A stretch of 64,000 bases of DNA, taken from the IMG/VR virus record IMGVR_UViG_3300001683_000016, positions 1-64,000 of that record, one strand, 5' to 3'. The notes under the pieces are model-generated. The model saw only the letters and a program-made list of their open reading frames with translations. It had not been told where the DNA came from and made no database searches. Every line of letters starts with the position of its first letter. Position 1 is the first letter of the stretch. Of this stretch, positions 19,748 through 30,065 are shown in pieces. The stretch is from a virus. The translations under genes were made by a program, and so were the position numbers.

Positions 19748-20416
19748 TTACGCCACTTGTCTAGCAACATCGCCTATTCGTTGTTGCATGATATCTCTTG
19801 TTTGATTGTTCCTAAGCACAGACAGGGCTGCATTCATAGCATCGCTACCACCGTGTTTATCGTATGACTGTCCCATTTCTTCAGGTGTCATCTGCCCATA
19901 GACTTCTTCTGTATGTGGCGGCTTATATTGCATTGATTGTAATTCAGACACTTCCGACCCCCAACCTTGTCCTTTAGGTGCTCCTTGTGCTCTATACGGT
20001 CCAGCGCCACCTACATCAACATAGGTGGGTGTTCCATCAGGTCTCATCAATACGTTGTCCATATCCGCACCTAACGCATCCCAATTACCAATCAACGCCT
20101 GAGGTACGAAATCTTCTCTTAGCCTCTTCTTATCATCATAAGATACATTTCTAGCCCCTTCTTCAAAATCTGTGAGCATAGTGGGTCTACCTCTTTCTTC
20201 TACCATTTCAGCATTAGGTACGGCCAAACCTAATTTATTCAGGTAGCGATTCATATCGAACTCATTATTGATATGTGCTGCGGGGTTACCGCCAGCAAAC
20301 CCTCCTCGCTTTACCACAACTCTCTTTCCGTTAGGTAATGTGCGTAAACCTGCACCAGTAGAGCCTCTGAGTCTGACTTCTTCTTTAAGAAAAGCCCATG
20401 CATCATGTATTGTCAT
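19748..20416 (-). CDS. tagged PI3K/HipA-like kinase-fold protein
   Basis: N-terminal DAWAFLK tag; VVVK, NEF, LG.AVP, IGNWD....DNV, YVDVG. Confidence 0.6.
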   Translation of the reverse strand: MTIHDAWAFLKEEVRLRGSTGAGLRTLPNGKRVVVKRGGFAGGNPAAHINNEFDMNRYLNKLGLAVPNAEMVEERGRPTMLTDFEEGARNVSYDDKKRLREDFVPQALIGNWDALGADMDNVLMRPDGTPTYVDVGGAGPYRAQGAPKGQGWGSEVSELQSMQYKPPHTEEVYGQMTPEEMGQSYDKHGGSDAMNAALSVLRNNQTRDIMQQRIGDVARQVA

Positions 20417-20933
20417 TCTTTTTGCTCCGTTGTTTAAGATATTTAGTGAATACTTCTAACCCCTTTAACCTGTTCTTCTTAATTACGCTTGCAAAGTTCT
20501 TAACTAATAAATTAATCTCTGTATCCAACCTAAACATACGGGTATTCAGTATCGCTAACTGTGTGGTAAATTTAACATTCAATTTATCAAACTCACTTGA
20601 TACATGTTCTTCCACATTTTTCTCTATATTAATATAAGCCTTATCAATAACATCAGTTATTGCCTTTCCTATAGTTATAGCCATTTCTTCTTTCATAGTT
20701 TCGCCCATAGTTTCAATGTAAGTATCAAAAATATGTTTTAAATCTTTTAAATCTTCTTCGATTGTACGTATTCTCATTTCTTCCAAACTTTCATCTTTCC
20801 GTTTTGTTCTATTGTATATGTTCTTCCTGTTAATCCCGTATGTCCAGCAACTGTCACAATATGACTTAGAGTCTTTCATACTAAATTTTGTAAAATTGCT
20901 TTTACACTTTAAACAAACAGATACATAACTCAC
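20403..20933 (-). CDS. Zn-finger plus coiled-coil protein
   Basis: CLKC...CDSC followed by a helical region. Confidence 0.55.
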   Translation of the reverse strand: MSYVSVCLKCKSNFTKFSMKDSKSYCDSCWTYGINRKNIYNRTKRKDESLEEMRIRTIEEDLKDLKHIFDTYIETMGETMKEEMAITIGKAITDVIDKAYINIEKNVEEHVSSEFDKLNVKFTTQLAILNTRMFRLDTEINLLVKNFASVIKKNRLKGLEVFTKYLKQRSKKNDNT

Positions 20934-21659
20934 TCACTCACCTAACATTGATTTCCACATATCTATTGCATCTTTTTGTTCTTGACTTAAGGTTTCAAGT
21001 AACTCTTGAGCAGCACTCTTGGTCTTTGGTGTAGGCTTACTCACACAATCAGTACATTGAACTCGTAGTTTTCCTCTCCCCTCTTGCTCGTGTTCTTTCT
21101 CACACAGCCTACAAGTAAACTTTCTAACTACGGGTTTGTAGTTTGTCTTAGCGGATTCTCTAGCAATCTTAGCGTGATTCTTTTTCTGACATTCAACACA
21201 ACGTAGTTTCATCTTACCTCTACCAGTCATAGTTTCTAATTGACAATTACAATCTATACATGCCCCTACTCTCTGTAAAGGTACGAAAGTTTTAGCCCTG
21301 TACTCTGCATTTTGTTTTTGTCTGAGTATAACTTGACAATCTTCACAGCGTGTAATAGTTCTCCCTTTACCTTTCTGCACAATAACATTCTCACATTCAT
21401 TGCCTGCACAAACATTCGTACGGATTACTTTCGGTTTAGGTTTCCTTATGTTTCGTCTATGTGTCTTTCTACATTCTTCTGATTGACAAAGAGTCGGTGC
21501 TTTACCCTTCTTTACTTCGTAAGTAAACTCTTCTTCACATATTCTACATGTGGATTGTTTATGTGTCTCTTTCTTTTTCTTCTCTTTAACAATCAATATG
21601 CTATCGTCTCCGAGCATCTTCGCTAACATTTTCCTTGCATCTTCATCTGTTATATTCAT
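20934..21659 (-). CDS. protein with four Zn-finger-like repeats
   Basis: Four C(x2-5)C..(KG)KGR/K..CxxC units. Confidence 0.7.
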   Translation of the reverse strand: MNITDEDARKMLAKMLGDDSILIVKEKKKKETHKQSTCRICEEEFTYEVKKGKAPTLCQSEECRKTHRRNIRKPKPKVIRTNVCAGNECENVIVQKGKGRTITRCEDCQVILRQKQNAEYRAKTFVPLQRVGACIDCNCQLETMTGRGKMKLRCVECQKKNHAKIARESAKTNYKPVVRKFTCRLCEKEHEQEGRGKLRVQCTDCVSKPTPKTKSAAQELLETLSQEQKDAIDMWKSMLGE

Positions 21660-21898
21660 ATTTTCCTTCTCCTTCTTATGTCGTCTAAGTATTCAAACAT
21701 CATACCCATACCTGCGAATGACCAAAACCAATCACTATCTATATCTGCGTAACCTAGTACGTTTGCTAGGCTTCCGCTTGTAATTAATATACCTGCCACG
21801 AATAACCATTCGTGTCTAACAAGCAAGAATCTAATATCGTCTAGGTCTAGTTCGCCATCGTTATTGGCATCTAATATTTTCACTAGAGTACGCTTCAT
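21656..21898 (-). CDS. small membrane protein with EF-hand-like motif
   Basis: DANNDGELDLDD plus two hydrophobic segments. Confidence 0.6.
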   Translation of the reverse strand: MKRTLVKILDANNDGELDLDDIRFLLVRHEWLFVAGILITSGSLANVLGYADIDSDWFWSFAGMGMMFEYLDDIRRRRKI

Positions 21899-21923
21899 TC
21901 ATTCATCTCCTTGTTTGTTCTTC

Positions 21924-22421
21924 TCATAATAAGTCCGCCATTTCATCCCATGCATGTTCGTTCATAGTAAAGGAATCCTTTGTATATTGTTCATTTCGTA
22001 TTCTAATAGGTGTGTAGAATGTAAAATATATTACCTTCAATTCATCTCCTAATTTATAGGTTAAATCTGACGGCATAGTTGTTAATAATTCTTCAGTAAT
22101 ATCAATAATTTTACTGCGATATGAAACATCACAATCCATATATTGACCACCACTGATTATAATAGCATTATGTCGAAACAAATCATTCTCATGTTCTTTC
22201 TTAAGTAATAACATCTCATCACAGCACCATTCTAACCAATCACTATATATTGTATGTTCTTCAATTATCATTAGTGGTTTTTCATATTGATGTGGACAAG
22301 TTGCCCAATCACCTTTGCGATAAGCATCATTATCTGTTAAATTCCAATTACACCATGAACTCATGCTGTCAACTCCACGCCTTTGTGGAACACACGGTAT
22401 AGTGTACCGTTGATTGTCCAA
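21924..22421 (-). CDS. hypothetical protein
   Basis: 165-aa ORF; start uncertain. Confidence 0.5.
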   Translation of the reverse strand: MDNQRYTIPCVPQRRGVDSMSSWCNWNLTDNDAYRKGDWATCPHQYEKPLMIIEEHTIYSDWLEWCCDEMLLLKKEHENDLFRHNAIIISGGQYMDCDVSYRSKIIDITEELLTTMPSDLTYKLGDELKVIYFTFYTPIRIRNEQYTKDSFTMNEHAWDEMADLL

Positions 22422-22510
22422 TGAGGAATTGCTACCATTTCTGTTTCATCACAAACATATACTTTTTGACCTTTTATCATTTCCATTCTCCATCCTTTGT
22501 AATTTTTCAT

Positions 22511-22750
22511 TCAATCCACCCTAGTCTCCCACGCTAATACTTGGGTAGTATCCCGACACTCTTTTGCCAAGTAGTCATACGCATCAGTCCACGCTTCTAT
22601 GTAATGCCGACAAGTCTCCATTCGTCTTTTCAAATCCCTAATGGTCTCCTTCTTCGAGTGTTCTTCGCCTTTCTTATAGTGGTAAATCTCATCACTATCT
22701 GTAATTCCTGATGTATGATGTTCTTCGCCTTTCTTATATTCGAGATTCAT
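22511..22750 (-). CDS. hypothetical protein with duplicated YKKGEEH
   Basis: 20-bp direct repeat at about 22660 and 22720. Confidence 0.55.
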   Translation of the reverse strand: MNLEYKKGEEHHTSGITDSDEIYHYKKGEEHSKKETIRDLKRRMETCRHYIEAWTDAYDYLAKECRDTTQVLAWETRVD

Positions 22751-22751
22751 T

Positions 22752-23048
22752 CTAATTCACCATTTCTTTCAGAACCGATGTTTCATGTGCATCCCACGCT
22801 ATAGTACCGCTTGGGTCTATTTGTCCTGAATCTAAAAGTCCATTACATCTTGTACATAATAAACTAATAGTCCACACATTCCATAAGTCTGAGCCGACCG
22901 TAGTTAAAGTCCAAACGTGCCCATCCTCTGCACAGGATTTGAGACTTTTCTCCACATCTTTCATCCTTACTAGGTCATTCATTCTTGCTGCTAACTTCGC
23001 TCTTTGCTCGGTTATATCTTCAATCTCTTGTTCATATTTTGTCTTCAT
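22752..23048 (-). CDS. hypothetical protein
   Basis: First gene after a promoter copy. Confidence 0.6.
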   Translation of the reverse strand: MKTKYEQEIEDITEQRAKLAARMNDLVRMKDVEKSLKSCAEDGHVWTLTTVGSDLWNVWTISLLCTRCNGLLDSGQIDPSGTIAWDAHETSVLKEMVN

Positions 23049-23065
23049 TTTAATTCACTCCTTCT

Positions 23066-23089
23066 TTCATTCTTTGTTTAAGTAGTCAA
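23066..23089 (-). promoter_or_regulatory. conserved promoter motif
   Basis: Exact core copy. Confidence 0.8.
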
Positions 23090-24207
23090 GTAGTCTTTCA
23101 GGTACAGTCCCTCGGCATTACCCCTCTCAAGATGACTATCATCTATAGAAACCGCATCACCCTTTGCAATTACTCTTGCTTTCCTAATATAAGCCATCAA
23201 CGTGTTCCTTCTATACTGCTCTTTCCACATCATATTAACACAATCATCGCACAGCCTACCATCTTTCGCAGCCTTCTTGCTAGGCTCGGTGTACTCTGCA
23301 CCACACAGGGTATCATCACGTATACGAAAGTGAATCATAACCCGTACACCTCATTGTAGACATCACCTTCAGCAATTGACGATTTCATTTCCTTAATACT
23401 CAACTGATATGTTTCAGGTGAGCAGTGTTTTTTTACAACCCAACTTTCATACTCAGAAACACAACAAGAACTCACAAATGGAGTCCAACCTTCTCCTTTA
23501 CCAATCACAACATGACGACGCTTCACAGAAGTAAAGCGACCACAACTCAGACACCTGTGTTCACTCATTCAGTCGCCCCCGTAATTTCTTTTCTGCTGGT
23601 GAATCTGAGCCTCTCATTTCTATCTCCCATCCACAATTAACACAGACAAAAGAAACAATCACGACAGTGCGGGGTATCTGACCCATTTTTCGCTGAATAT
23701 ATTGAGGTTGTTGAAAGTTATGTTTAGCAATATCACAACCATAGAACTCAAGTTTCATTCAAACCCACTCCACTTCACCATTATTCCAATGAATAACATG
23801 CTCAACTCTAATCTCCTTACATCCATGTTCATTTGAGTGTGATTCACACCACTCATGAACTTCTTGGATGGTGGTTAGTTCAACGCTTCCATCAATGTGT
23901 TTACATTGAGGGTAGTAAGCGTGTGAGAACCAATACTCACCATTATGTGCAACAGGAACACTCATGCCTTCACCTCATATTCAACATGGTCTTTTGGTAG
24001 AAAACGTCTACGTGTTTCCATTTTATTATGTAACATCTCGGCTATATTATCAGCAGCGCTATCGAATCTCTTAGCGGCATACTTCGCCGCTTTAGCATCC
24101 TTACCTATTACCATTTGTTCCCTTAGCGATTTCAAATTTATATCACTCATTATATGCCAAAGTATTTCATACTCAGCATGTTGTTTATTCTTTGCTCTTC
24201 CTTTCAT
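23078..24207 (-). CDS. run of five small coupled hypothetical ORFs (23078-23338, 23335-23568, 23561-23758, 23759-23965, 23962-24207)
   Basis: Abutting or overlapping start-stop pairs, GAGGTGA RBSs, several CxxC motifs. Confidence 0.55.
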
Positions 24208-24454
24208 CTTCTTCCCTCTTGTTTTTCATGTCCACTAACATGTCTCTCAGTATAGGTAACAACTCTTCCAACTGTTGCTCATTCAACCTTATACCGTGTC
24301 TAGTAAAATTAGGTGGAGTGTTAGACATATTCATGATTCGCATGTCTATCCAGTCCTTACCGTAATACTCAATAGCGCGTAGGTGAATAACGCCCTTACC
24401 GTCCTTCCACTTACCTTCCATGCTAGGAGATTGCCACTTGATTTCATCACTCAT
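24185..24454 (-). CDS. PC4/KELP-family ssDNA-binding protein
   Basis: IEYYGKDWIDMR...TRHGIRL..QQLEEL matches the PC4 pattern (F/Y.GK..IDIR....P.KKGI.L). Confidence 0.75.
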   Translation of the reverse strand: MSDEIKWQSPSMEGKWKDGKGVIHLRAIEYYGKDWIDMRIMNMSNTPPNFTRHGIRLNEQQLEELLPILRDMLVDMKNKREEDERKSKE

Positions 24455-24574
24455 CTCTTCACCGCCCCTCGTAATGTTGCATTGCATTTTTTACATCGAA
24501 ATTTTAACGTACTAGTTTGAATTATATCCTTCGCACTTTCAATTTGTTCAAGTTCCCAATCATGGCTTGGTGGG

Positions 24575-25198
24575 TTACACAACATTTTCTTTCACCTTCT
24601 CTAAGTCTAATTCTGCATAATCGAAAGGTGCAAGTAATTGTTTGACTTTCTCATCGTCTGTAGTTTCAAGTATCCGAGAGACTACGGAATGTAAGTTTAA
24701 TAATTCTGCACATAATTTAGGTATCATCGTTATCACTTTACCTTCAGCAGTTAGTAATAACTTATCGCAATCAATTTTACTATGAATACCGGATTCCACT
24801 CTCATCTGTATAGTTATGGATTTAGTATCAACAGTCCCAATAGTTAATCCTTTAATGTCAGTTGATAACGGGTGAGGTTCTAATGTTTTTATATTCTTTA
24901 ATATCTCTACACCACCGACCGGATTCCACTCTCTAGTATAGGGAGTTGTCGTTAAAGGGTCGAAACCAGTAGCACCATGTTTTTCTGCTAACATGGGTAA
25001 CATTAATGTATATTTTAGAGCATTCATTTTATCTAAAAAATACATACCTGTATCAATCTGAGTTTCCTTCTCTATTATTGGAAATAAATCACCAGTGAGA
25101 GATAGGCCACTGTTTGTAAAAGACCAACTCTTATCTGTGATATAACTTGTAGATACGGCCTTTATTATATCTAACTCATCCTTACTTAGTGCATTCAT
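24575..25198 (-). CDS. hypothetical protein
   Basis: 207-aa ORF. Confidence 0.6.
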   Translation of the reverse strand: MNALSKDELDIIKAVSTSYITDKSWSFTNSGLSLTGDLFPIIEKETQIDTGMYFLDKMNALKYTLMLPMLAEKHGATGFDPLTTTPYTREWNPVGGVEILKNIKTLEPHPLSTDIKGLTIGTVDTKSITIQMRVESGIHSKIDCDKLLLTAEGKVITMIPKLCAELLNLHSVVSRILETTDDEKVKQLLAPFDYAELDLEKVKENVV

Positions 25199-25470
25199 AA
25201 TGTCACATCCTTATGCGCTCTCATACTACTGCTAATTATTCTCAGTACATCTTCTTTTGAGAACATCATCTCTTCATTCATTTTATTACATCTATCCTGA
25301 CATTCTTTTCTTGTTGTACCCCAATAGTACGGAAGTGAACCCGCTTTCTCTCCACTTTTACATAGGGTATACCCATGAATATTCTCAAAAACAATAACTG
25401 GAATATAATGATTTACTCCATCTATAACGTCATACTCATTTACGTCTGTATATACAAAAATATTACTCAT
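25195..25470 (-). CDS. hypothetical protein
   Basis: Coupled ORF. Confidence 0.6.
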   Translation of the reverse strand: MSNIFVYTDVNEYDVIDGVNHYIPVIVFENIHGYTLCKSGEKAGSLPYYWGTTRKECQDRCNKMNEEMMFSKEDVLRIISSSMRAHKDVTL

Positions 25471-26240
25471 TCTTCTTCGCTCCTATCAGTAAACATACAG
25501 TATGTACCCCACATCCATGGAGGTATTCTTACAGGTATAGTTCCGTCATTTGTATGCAACTTATCACCAAGTCCTTGAATGGACGTGCTACCTACTGCAC
25601 AACCTTGGTCAGTACCTATGTTAGAGTCTACGTATTCTATCATTTCTTCACGACTCAATGCATGATATTCATAATTCATCTCGCTTTCGTTAAACTTACT
25701 GGAACGTAATCTAAATCGCATGAAGTATTTGTCACCCATAAGTAGGTGGTAATCATCGGGGTCTATGCTAATCTCCTCATCATTATTTGGATTTGTAAGA
25801 ACGTAAGCCCACACTTCTAGAGTAGTAGTGTCACCGTTGTCGAGTAGTATCTCTCTATCTTCTATGTAACTAGGCCATATATCTTCTAGCCCCATGTCTT
25901 TGAGTAATGTGCCATCACTAGCAGCCCAATTCTGTGCTATGTCTCGCTTCATGTGTATCTCCATCATCCTTGCTTCTTCTGCGCTTGTAGGTTCAGGTAA
26001 TACTTGGGTGGTGTCCTCTAAGAGAGTAAAACCAACATCAAACATTAATACTTTCATACGTTGAAGATTATCTTCTGCTTCCGCGTTCTCCACTTTAGAC
26101 TTCAAAGACCAAGTGTTCTCACTTACCTTTACGAAAGTTAATCCGCTACCATCAGGCATCCATATTCCACCTATTTGCATCTCTGCAAAATGTTTCATTG
26201 CCCACTCTTTTAATTTTCTATCAGGTTTCCATTCATTCAT
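25467..26240 (-). CDS. hypothetical protein
   Basis: 257-aa ORF. Confidence 0.65.
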   Translation of the reverse strand: MNEWKPDRKLKEWAMKHFAEMQIGGIWMPDGSGLTFVKVSENTWSLKSKVENAEAEDNLQRMKVLMFDVGFTLLEDTTQVLPEPTSAEEARMMEIHMKRDIAQNWAASDGTLLKDMGLEDIWPSYIEDREILLDNGDTTTLEVWAYVLTNPNNDEEISIDPDDYHLLMGDKYFMRFRLRSSKFNESEMNYEYHALSREEMIEYVDSNIGTDQGCAVGSTSIQGLGDKLHTNDGTIPVRIPPWMWGTYCMFTDRSEEE

Positions 26241-26529
26241 TTTTTATATCTCCATTTATTTCTATATCATCTGCATACATAACGTACTTATCACAATTTA
26301 TACAAGCAAATACATCTCCGGTGTCCGTCTTTAACACAAGACAACTCTTACACCCTTGGTTACACATAGGACAGACTATATTAGTACCGCTAGACCACAG
26401 CAGGACTTCAGCATCTCCCCATGCAAATGTAAATGTCCTACCCTCTATATTTACAGTGTTTGCCTCCGCTATTACTGACATCATATAAGGTGTAATTGAT
26501 ACCTCATCCGGTAACAATTTTTTCCACAT
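26233..26529 (-). CDS. Zn-finger protein
   Basis: CPMC...CINC. Confidence 0.55.
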   Translation of the reverse strand: MWKKLLPDEVSITPYMMSVIAEANTVNIEGRTFTFAWGDAEVLLWSSGTNIVCPMCNQGCKSCLVLKTDTGDVFACINCDKYVMYADDIEINGDIKNE

Positions 26530-28156
26530 CCTCTTTAGTTTCTTCTTGATTCAAAATTTGAGGTCTTTTGTAAAATTTCGCTGTTTTCTCATTCAGATAA
26601 GCAATATGTTTGTCATAGTCTTGTGGTGTGCCCCAAAAGAGCGCATGTAGAACTTCCTTTGGTGTAGGTATTATTTCAGGTTCTTTATCCGCATCCATTT
26701 CTAAAATATGTGTTGTAGTTGTTAATTTCATGTTTTCCGAAGGTTCTATTGAATCTAAACCTGCTGTAGCATCCCACGTTCTACCATCTTTATTTACTGC
26801 ACCTAGTTTACACGCTAGTTGATTAGCCATATTTTTGAAATTTGCTGCTGATTTCAAATCAGGAAATCTATATGGTAATGTTACTCCGTCTCGCCATCCA
26901 TATTTTTGTTTTATGTGATAAGTTTTTATTGATTCTTTGTCACAATATGACTTAGGTACTGTATTATTATTATCCACATGATAATCCGTATTCTCTTTAC
27001 CCGGAATCCATTTGAATTTAGCAATCTCGTGTCCAAAAGATTTGCGTGATTCATATTTTGTATATTTCCAACCATTGACTAAATCATGCTCTTTCCTATT
27101 TTTCTTACTAGTTTGTGTTATCCAATTTTGTAAACTAAATAACCAATCCCAATTCTTCCAAGTGTATCTAGCCTTATTCCTCAAACCTTCCTTGCGTACA
27201 ACATTAAAGTTCCTAGCAGACATACGCCTCAAAGCACCATTAATCTCTTTGATGACTCTCTTTTCTTCCATAATATTACCAAGACTTCTAGCATTTTTAT
27301 TCCATAAAATAACTCTTTCAGGTGAGATATTTTTGTAACCGTTGTATCCAAAATAACCTTGAATTTGGTCGATATGCCACCCATTTTCTACAACTGCCTC
27401 TCCTCTTTCTCTGCTCCACAATTGTGTGAATCCGTCTCCATTTTCTGTTTTTACCATTACCCAGTCTGTAATATACGACCCATCATGATGTCCACACTTT
27501 TGTTCAGGGTCGTCTTTCCACCCACATACACCTTGAGTATTTTTCATCTCGTATAGGTTGGCGCTAGAGTTAGATGGTGTAGCCCATTTGGTGCTACCTA
27601 ATTTCTTCTCAATTGCCAACCTAAGAGGCTTGTATTTATTACTCAATAGCATACCTATAAGGGCAGAAATATCATTATTAATGAGTGTAGCATAATGGCT
27701 GGTAGTTCTAAATTTTCCATACGAATCAAGTCCTGTGATTTTGTTTTTCATTAACCAATTTACTAAAGTAGTCTTACCTTCCATGTAGATTATATCATTA
27801 ACTAGTATAGGGGCTTTAAACGTACAAACCAAACCATTAACCATATCTTTTTCACATGATTTAGTTTCAGGGTTAGGCACTTTACCATATGCAACTGTCT
27901 GCGACATCATCGCTGTTGCTGCTCTTGTATATTGATTAACTAAATCTTTAGCGCTCAAGTCTGCATTTGGTCCAGCGGATGCTAATGAATAAGCAACTGC
28001 GGCATCAATAGGATAACACTTACCTATTGTTTGTTTAGTCTTTCCAATTGCGTGGTCTATTATAATTTGATTATCTGTAAACATTATCGTGTCATCTACT
28101 ATACCTGCTTTCATGTATCTATTCCATGTATTCCATCCTTGTCTTTCTGCCGCCAT
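26504..28156 (-). CDS. large hypothetical protein
   Basis: 550-aa ORF; no motif recognised. Confidence 0.7.
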   Translation of the reverse strand: MAAERQGWNTWNRYMKAGIVDDTIMFTDNQIIIDHAIGKTKQTIGKCYPIDAAVAYSLASAGPNADLSAKDLVNQYTRAATAMMSQTVAYGKVPNPETKSCEKDMVNGLVCTFKAPILVNDIIYMEGKTTLVNWLMKNKITGLDSYGKFRTTSHYATLINNDISALIGMLLSNKYKPLRLAIEKKLGSTKWATPSNSSANLYEMKNTQGVCGWKDDPEQKCGHHDGSYITDWVMVKTENGDGFTQLWSRERGEAVVENGWHIDQIQGYFGYNGYKNISPERVILWNKNARSLGNIMEEKRVIKEINGALRRMSARNFNVVRKEGLRNKARYTWKNWDWLFSLQNWITQTSKKNRKEHDLVNGWKYTKYESRKSFGHEIAKFKWIPGKENTDYHVDNNNTVPKSYCDKESIKTYHIKQKYGWRDGVTLPYRFPDLKSAANFKNMANQLACKLGAVNKDGRTWDATAGLDSIEPSENMKLTTTTHILEMDADKEPEIIPTPKEVLHALFWGTPQDYDKHIAYLNEKTAKFYKRPQILNQEETKEDVEKIVTG

Positions 28157-28157
28157 C

Positions 28158-28775
28158 TCATACCACCTCTATTTTTATTTCTTTCACTTTATTTTCTACT
28201 TCAACATTATTTGATATACCTTCTATATTCTCGGTCAAAACATATATCTGTTTAACACAATTTAATTGGGTACGTGACAACGGTGATGGACCCATATAAT
28301 TCACAGTATAATTACCACAATTACCGGTAAAATATGGTAAACTGCGCAGTTTATCTGATAATTCTATCACCACTAGATTATAGTCACCTAGATTCTTACG
28401 AAACCTAGTTTTCAAAGCATGTTTAATATAACCAATACTGTAAGCAGTCCATGTTTGTGATATATATCCCTTCATAACACTAGTATCAAAATATTTTACT
28501 GATTCTGATATTTTAAAAGTATTATAATATCCTGTGTAAGGATACAGACTTATACAATGTAACTCATTTGTTTCTTTGTCTTGTAGGGCATAATAACCGG
28601 TATGCTCTTGGGGATATAATTTAGTACCATCTGCTAATGTTACTGCCTGATTGTGGCTCCCATACTGGTATTCATCACTCAAAAAGTATCTATTTGATAA
28701 TCCCATTGGCTTTCGATACCCTGATATTTGCACACTTTCTCCGTTTAGTATTGTCATTTTATCTTCTTCTGTCAT
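28158..28775 (-). CDS. hypothetical protein
   Basis: Start MTEEDK after the promoter and GGAG RBS. Confidence 0.65.
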   Translation of the reverse strand: MTEEDKMTILNGESVQISGYRKPMGLSNRYFLSDEYQYGSHNQAVTLADGTKLYPQEHTGYYALQDKETNELHCISLYPYTGYYNTFKISESVKYFDTSVMKGYISQTWTAYSIGYIKHALKTRFRKNLGDYNLVVIELSDKLRSLPYFTGNCGNYTVNYMGPSPLSRTQLNCVKQIYVLTENIEGISNNVEVENKVKEIKIEVV

Positions 28776-28791
28776 ATTTCTCTCTCCTTCT

Positions 28792-28816
28792 TTCATTCTT
28801 TGTTTAAGTAGTCAAT
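28792..28816 (-). promoter_or_regulatory. conserved promoter motif (about 50 bp identical with the 35.5-kb copy)
   Basis: catatttctctctccttctttcattctttgtttaagtagtcaatcattctt at about 28773-28823 and 35517-35567. Confidence 0.85.
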
Positions 28817-28823
28817 CATTCTT

Positions 28824-30063
28824 CTACGCGAACTCGACCTCTATCCCTACTCGTTCTGCATGTTTAAGCGCAATTTCAGGGGAATAGTTTACTGTTTTTG
28901 GTAACATCATTATCGCCTCAACGTCCCAGTAATTGCCTGATAATGCACCATCCCATGCCGCTCTCATGAGTGAAGGTGTTGAGTAAACAGCCTCGTCTAA
29001 ATTTATTGTAGGGCATCCACTTTTATCTATTAAGAAAGGGTCAAAACCTCTTATTCTGATGTCCATAAACGATGGGTCTGTACGTATGTAATATACTAGA
29101 CTAGAAAAGAATCCAACAGGTACGTCGTGCATTTCTGATAACTCTTTCCATAGAGAGAGCATAATCGGCGTATCTAAAATATCGCAAGGTGCGAGCGATG
29201 CCCAACCTGTATGATTAACGAGACTATCATCAATTAGCATTGTGTGTGCCTGAGTTAGTTTTCTCCTCTCAGATATCATTGCTGCTGTACGAGATGGTAT
29301 AGGAAATGTAGTACCTATCTCACTTATGAGTAAACTAAGAGTACCCCAAATATCATTCAACACATGTTCCGCAGGCTTAAACGGTAACTTATTCATAATT
29401 CCACCATCTTTCCATCGTGAATGTACCCCGGTGAACCCTTCCAATTCTCTCGGTTGAACATTTCCCACATATTCATCATGGCTTTGAAGTTCGACTCACT
29501 GTAATCTAAGACAACGAATATTGAGCCGCTCTTCATGTGTATGTCCACGTTGACGTTCTTATACGCACTTCTTTTCATTGCCTTGTTGTGAGGACGGCGA
29601 ACAATCGCTACTACCTCGGTCATTACTATGTATGCTTCTCCTGTCTGTGTGTTACATCTCATGTATGTCATACTTTCACCCCATCTGTAGTGTAAGGTTC
29701 TTCGTCTGAATCTTCTATGAAGCCTGCTTTTTCAGCAAACAGAAGTAGATTTTTGACTCCAACAGAAAGAGGGTGCATGTTTAGCACAGCCCCGCTTGGG
29801 TGATTTCCGGGCGTACCGGGGATGAATATCTGAGGCACTTTATTTGTGTATCTAATAATCTGAAATGGTGTGTAAGCAAGTGTATTAGATGCCGCAGATA
29901 GATTCACAGCCGGCTGCTCTCTCAACCACATGCTAACTTCGGTAGTAGTACGTACCTTTGTAGCAAAGCCATATTCTCGACCTTGATTTACACTCTTAGA
30001 TACACCTTGTATGTGCATCACCCCTTCGTCATAATTGCATTTTACTTGTAATCTTTCTTCCAT
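28824..30063 (-). CDS. three hypothetical ORFs (28824-29468, 29393-29671, 29668-30063)
   Basis: Coupled ORFs; start of 28824 ORF probably nearer 29396. Confidence 0.55.
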
Positions 30064-30065
30064 AT

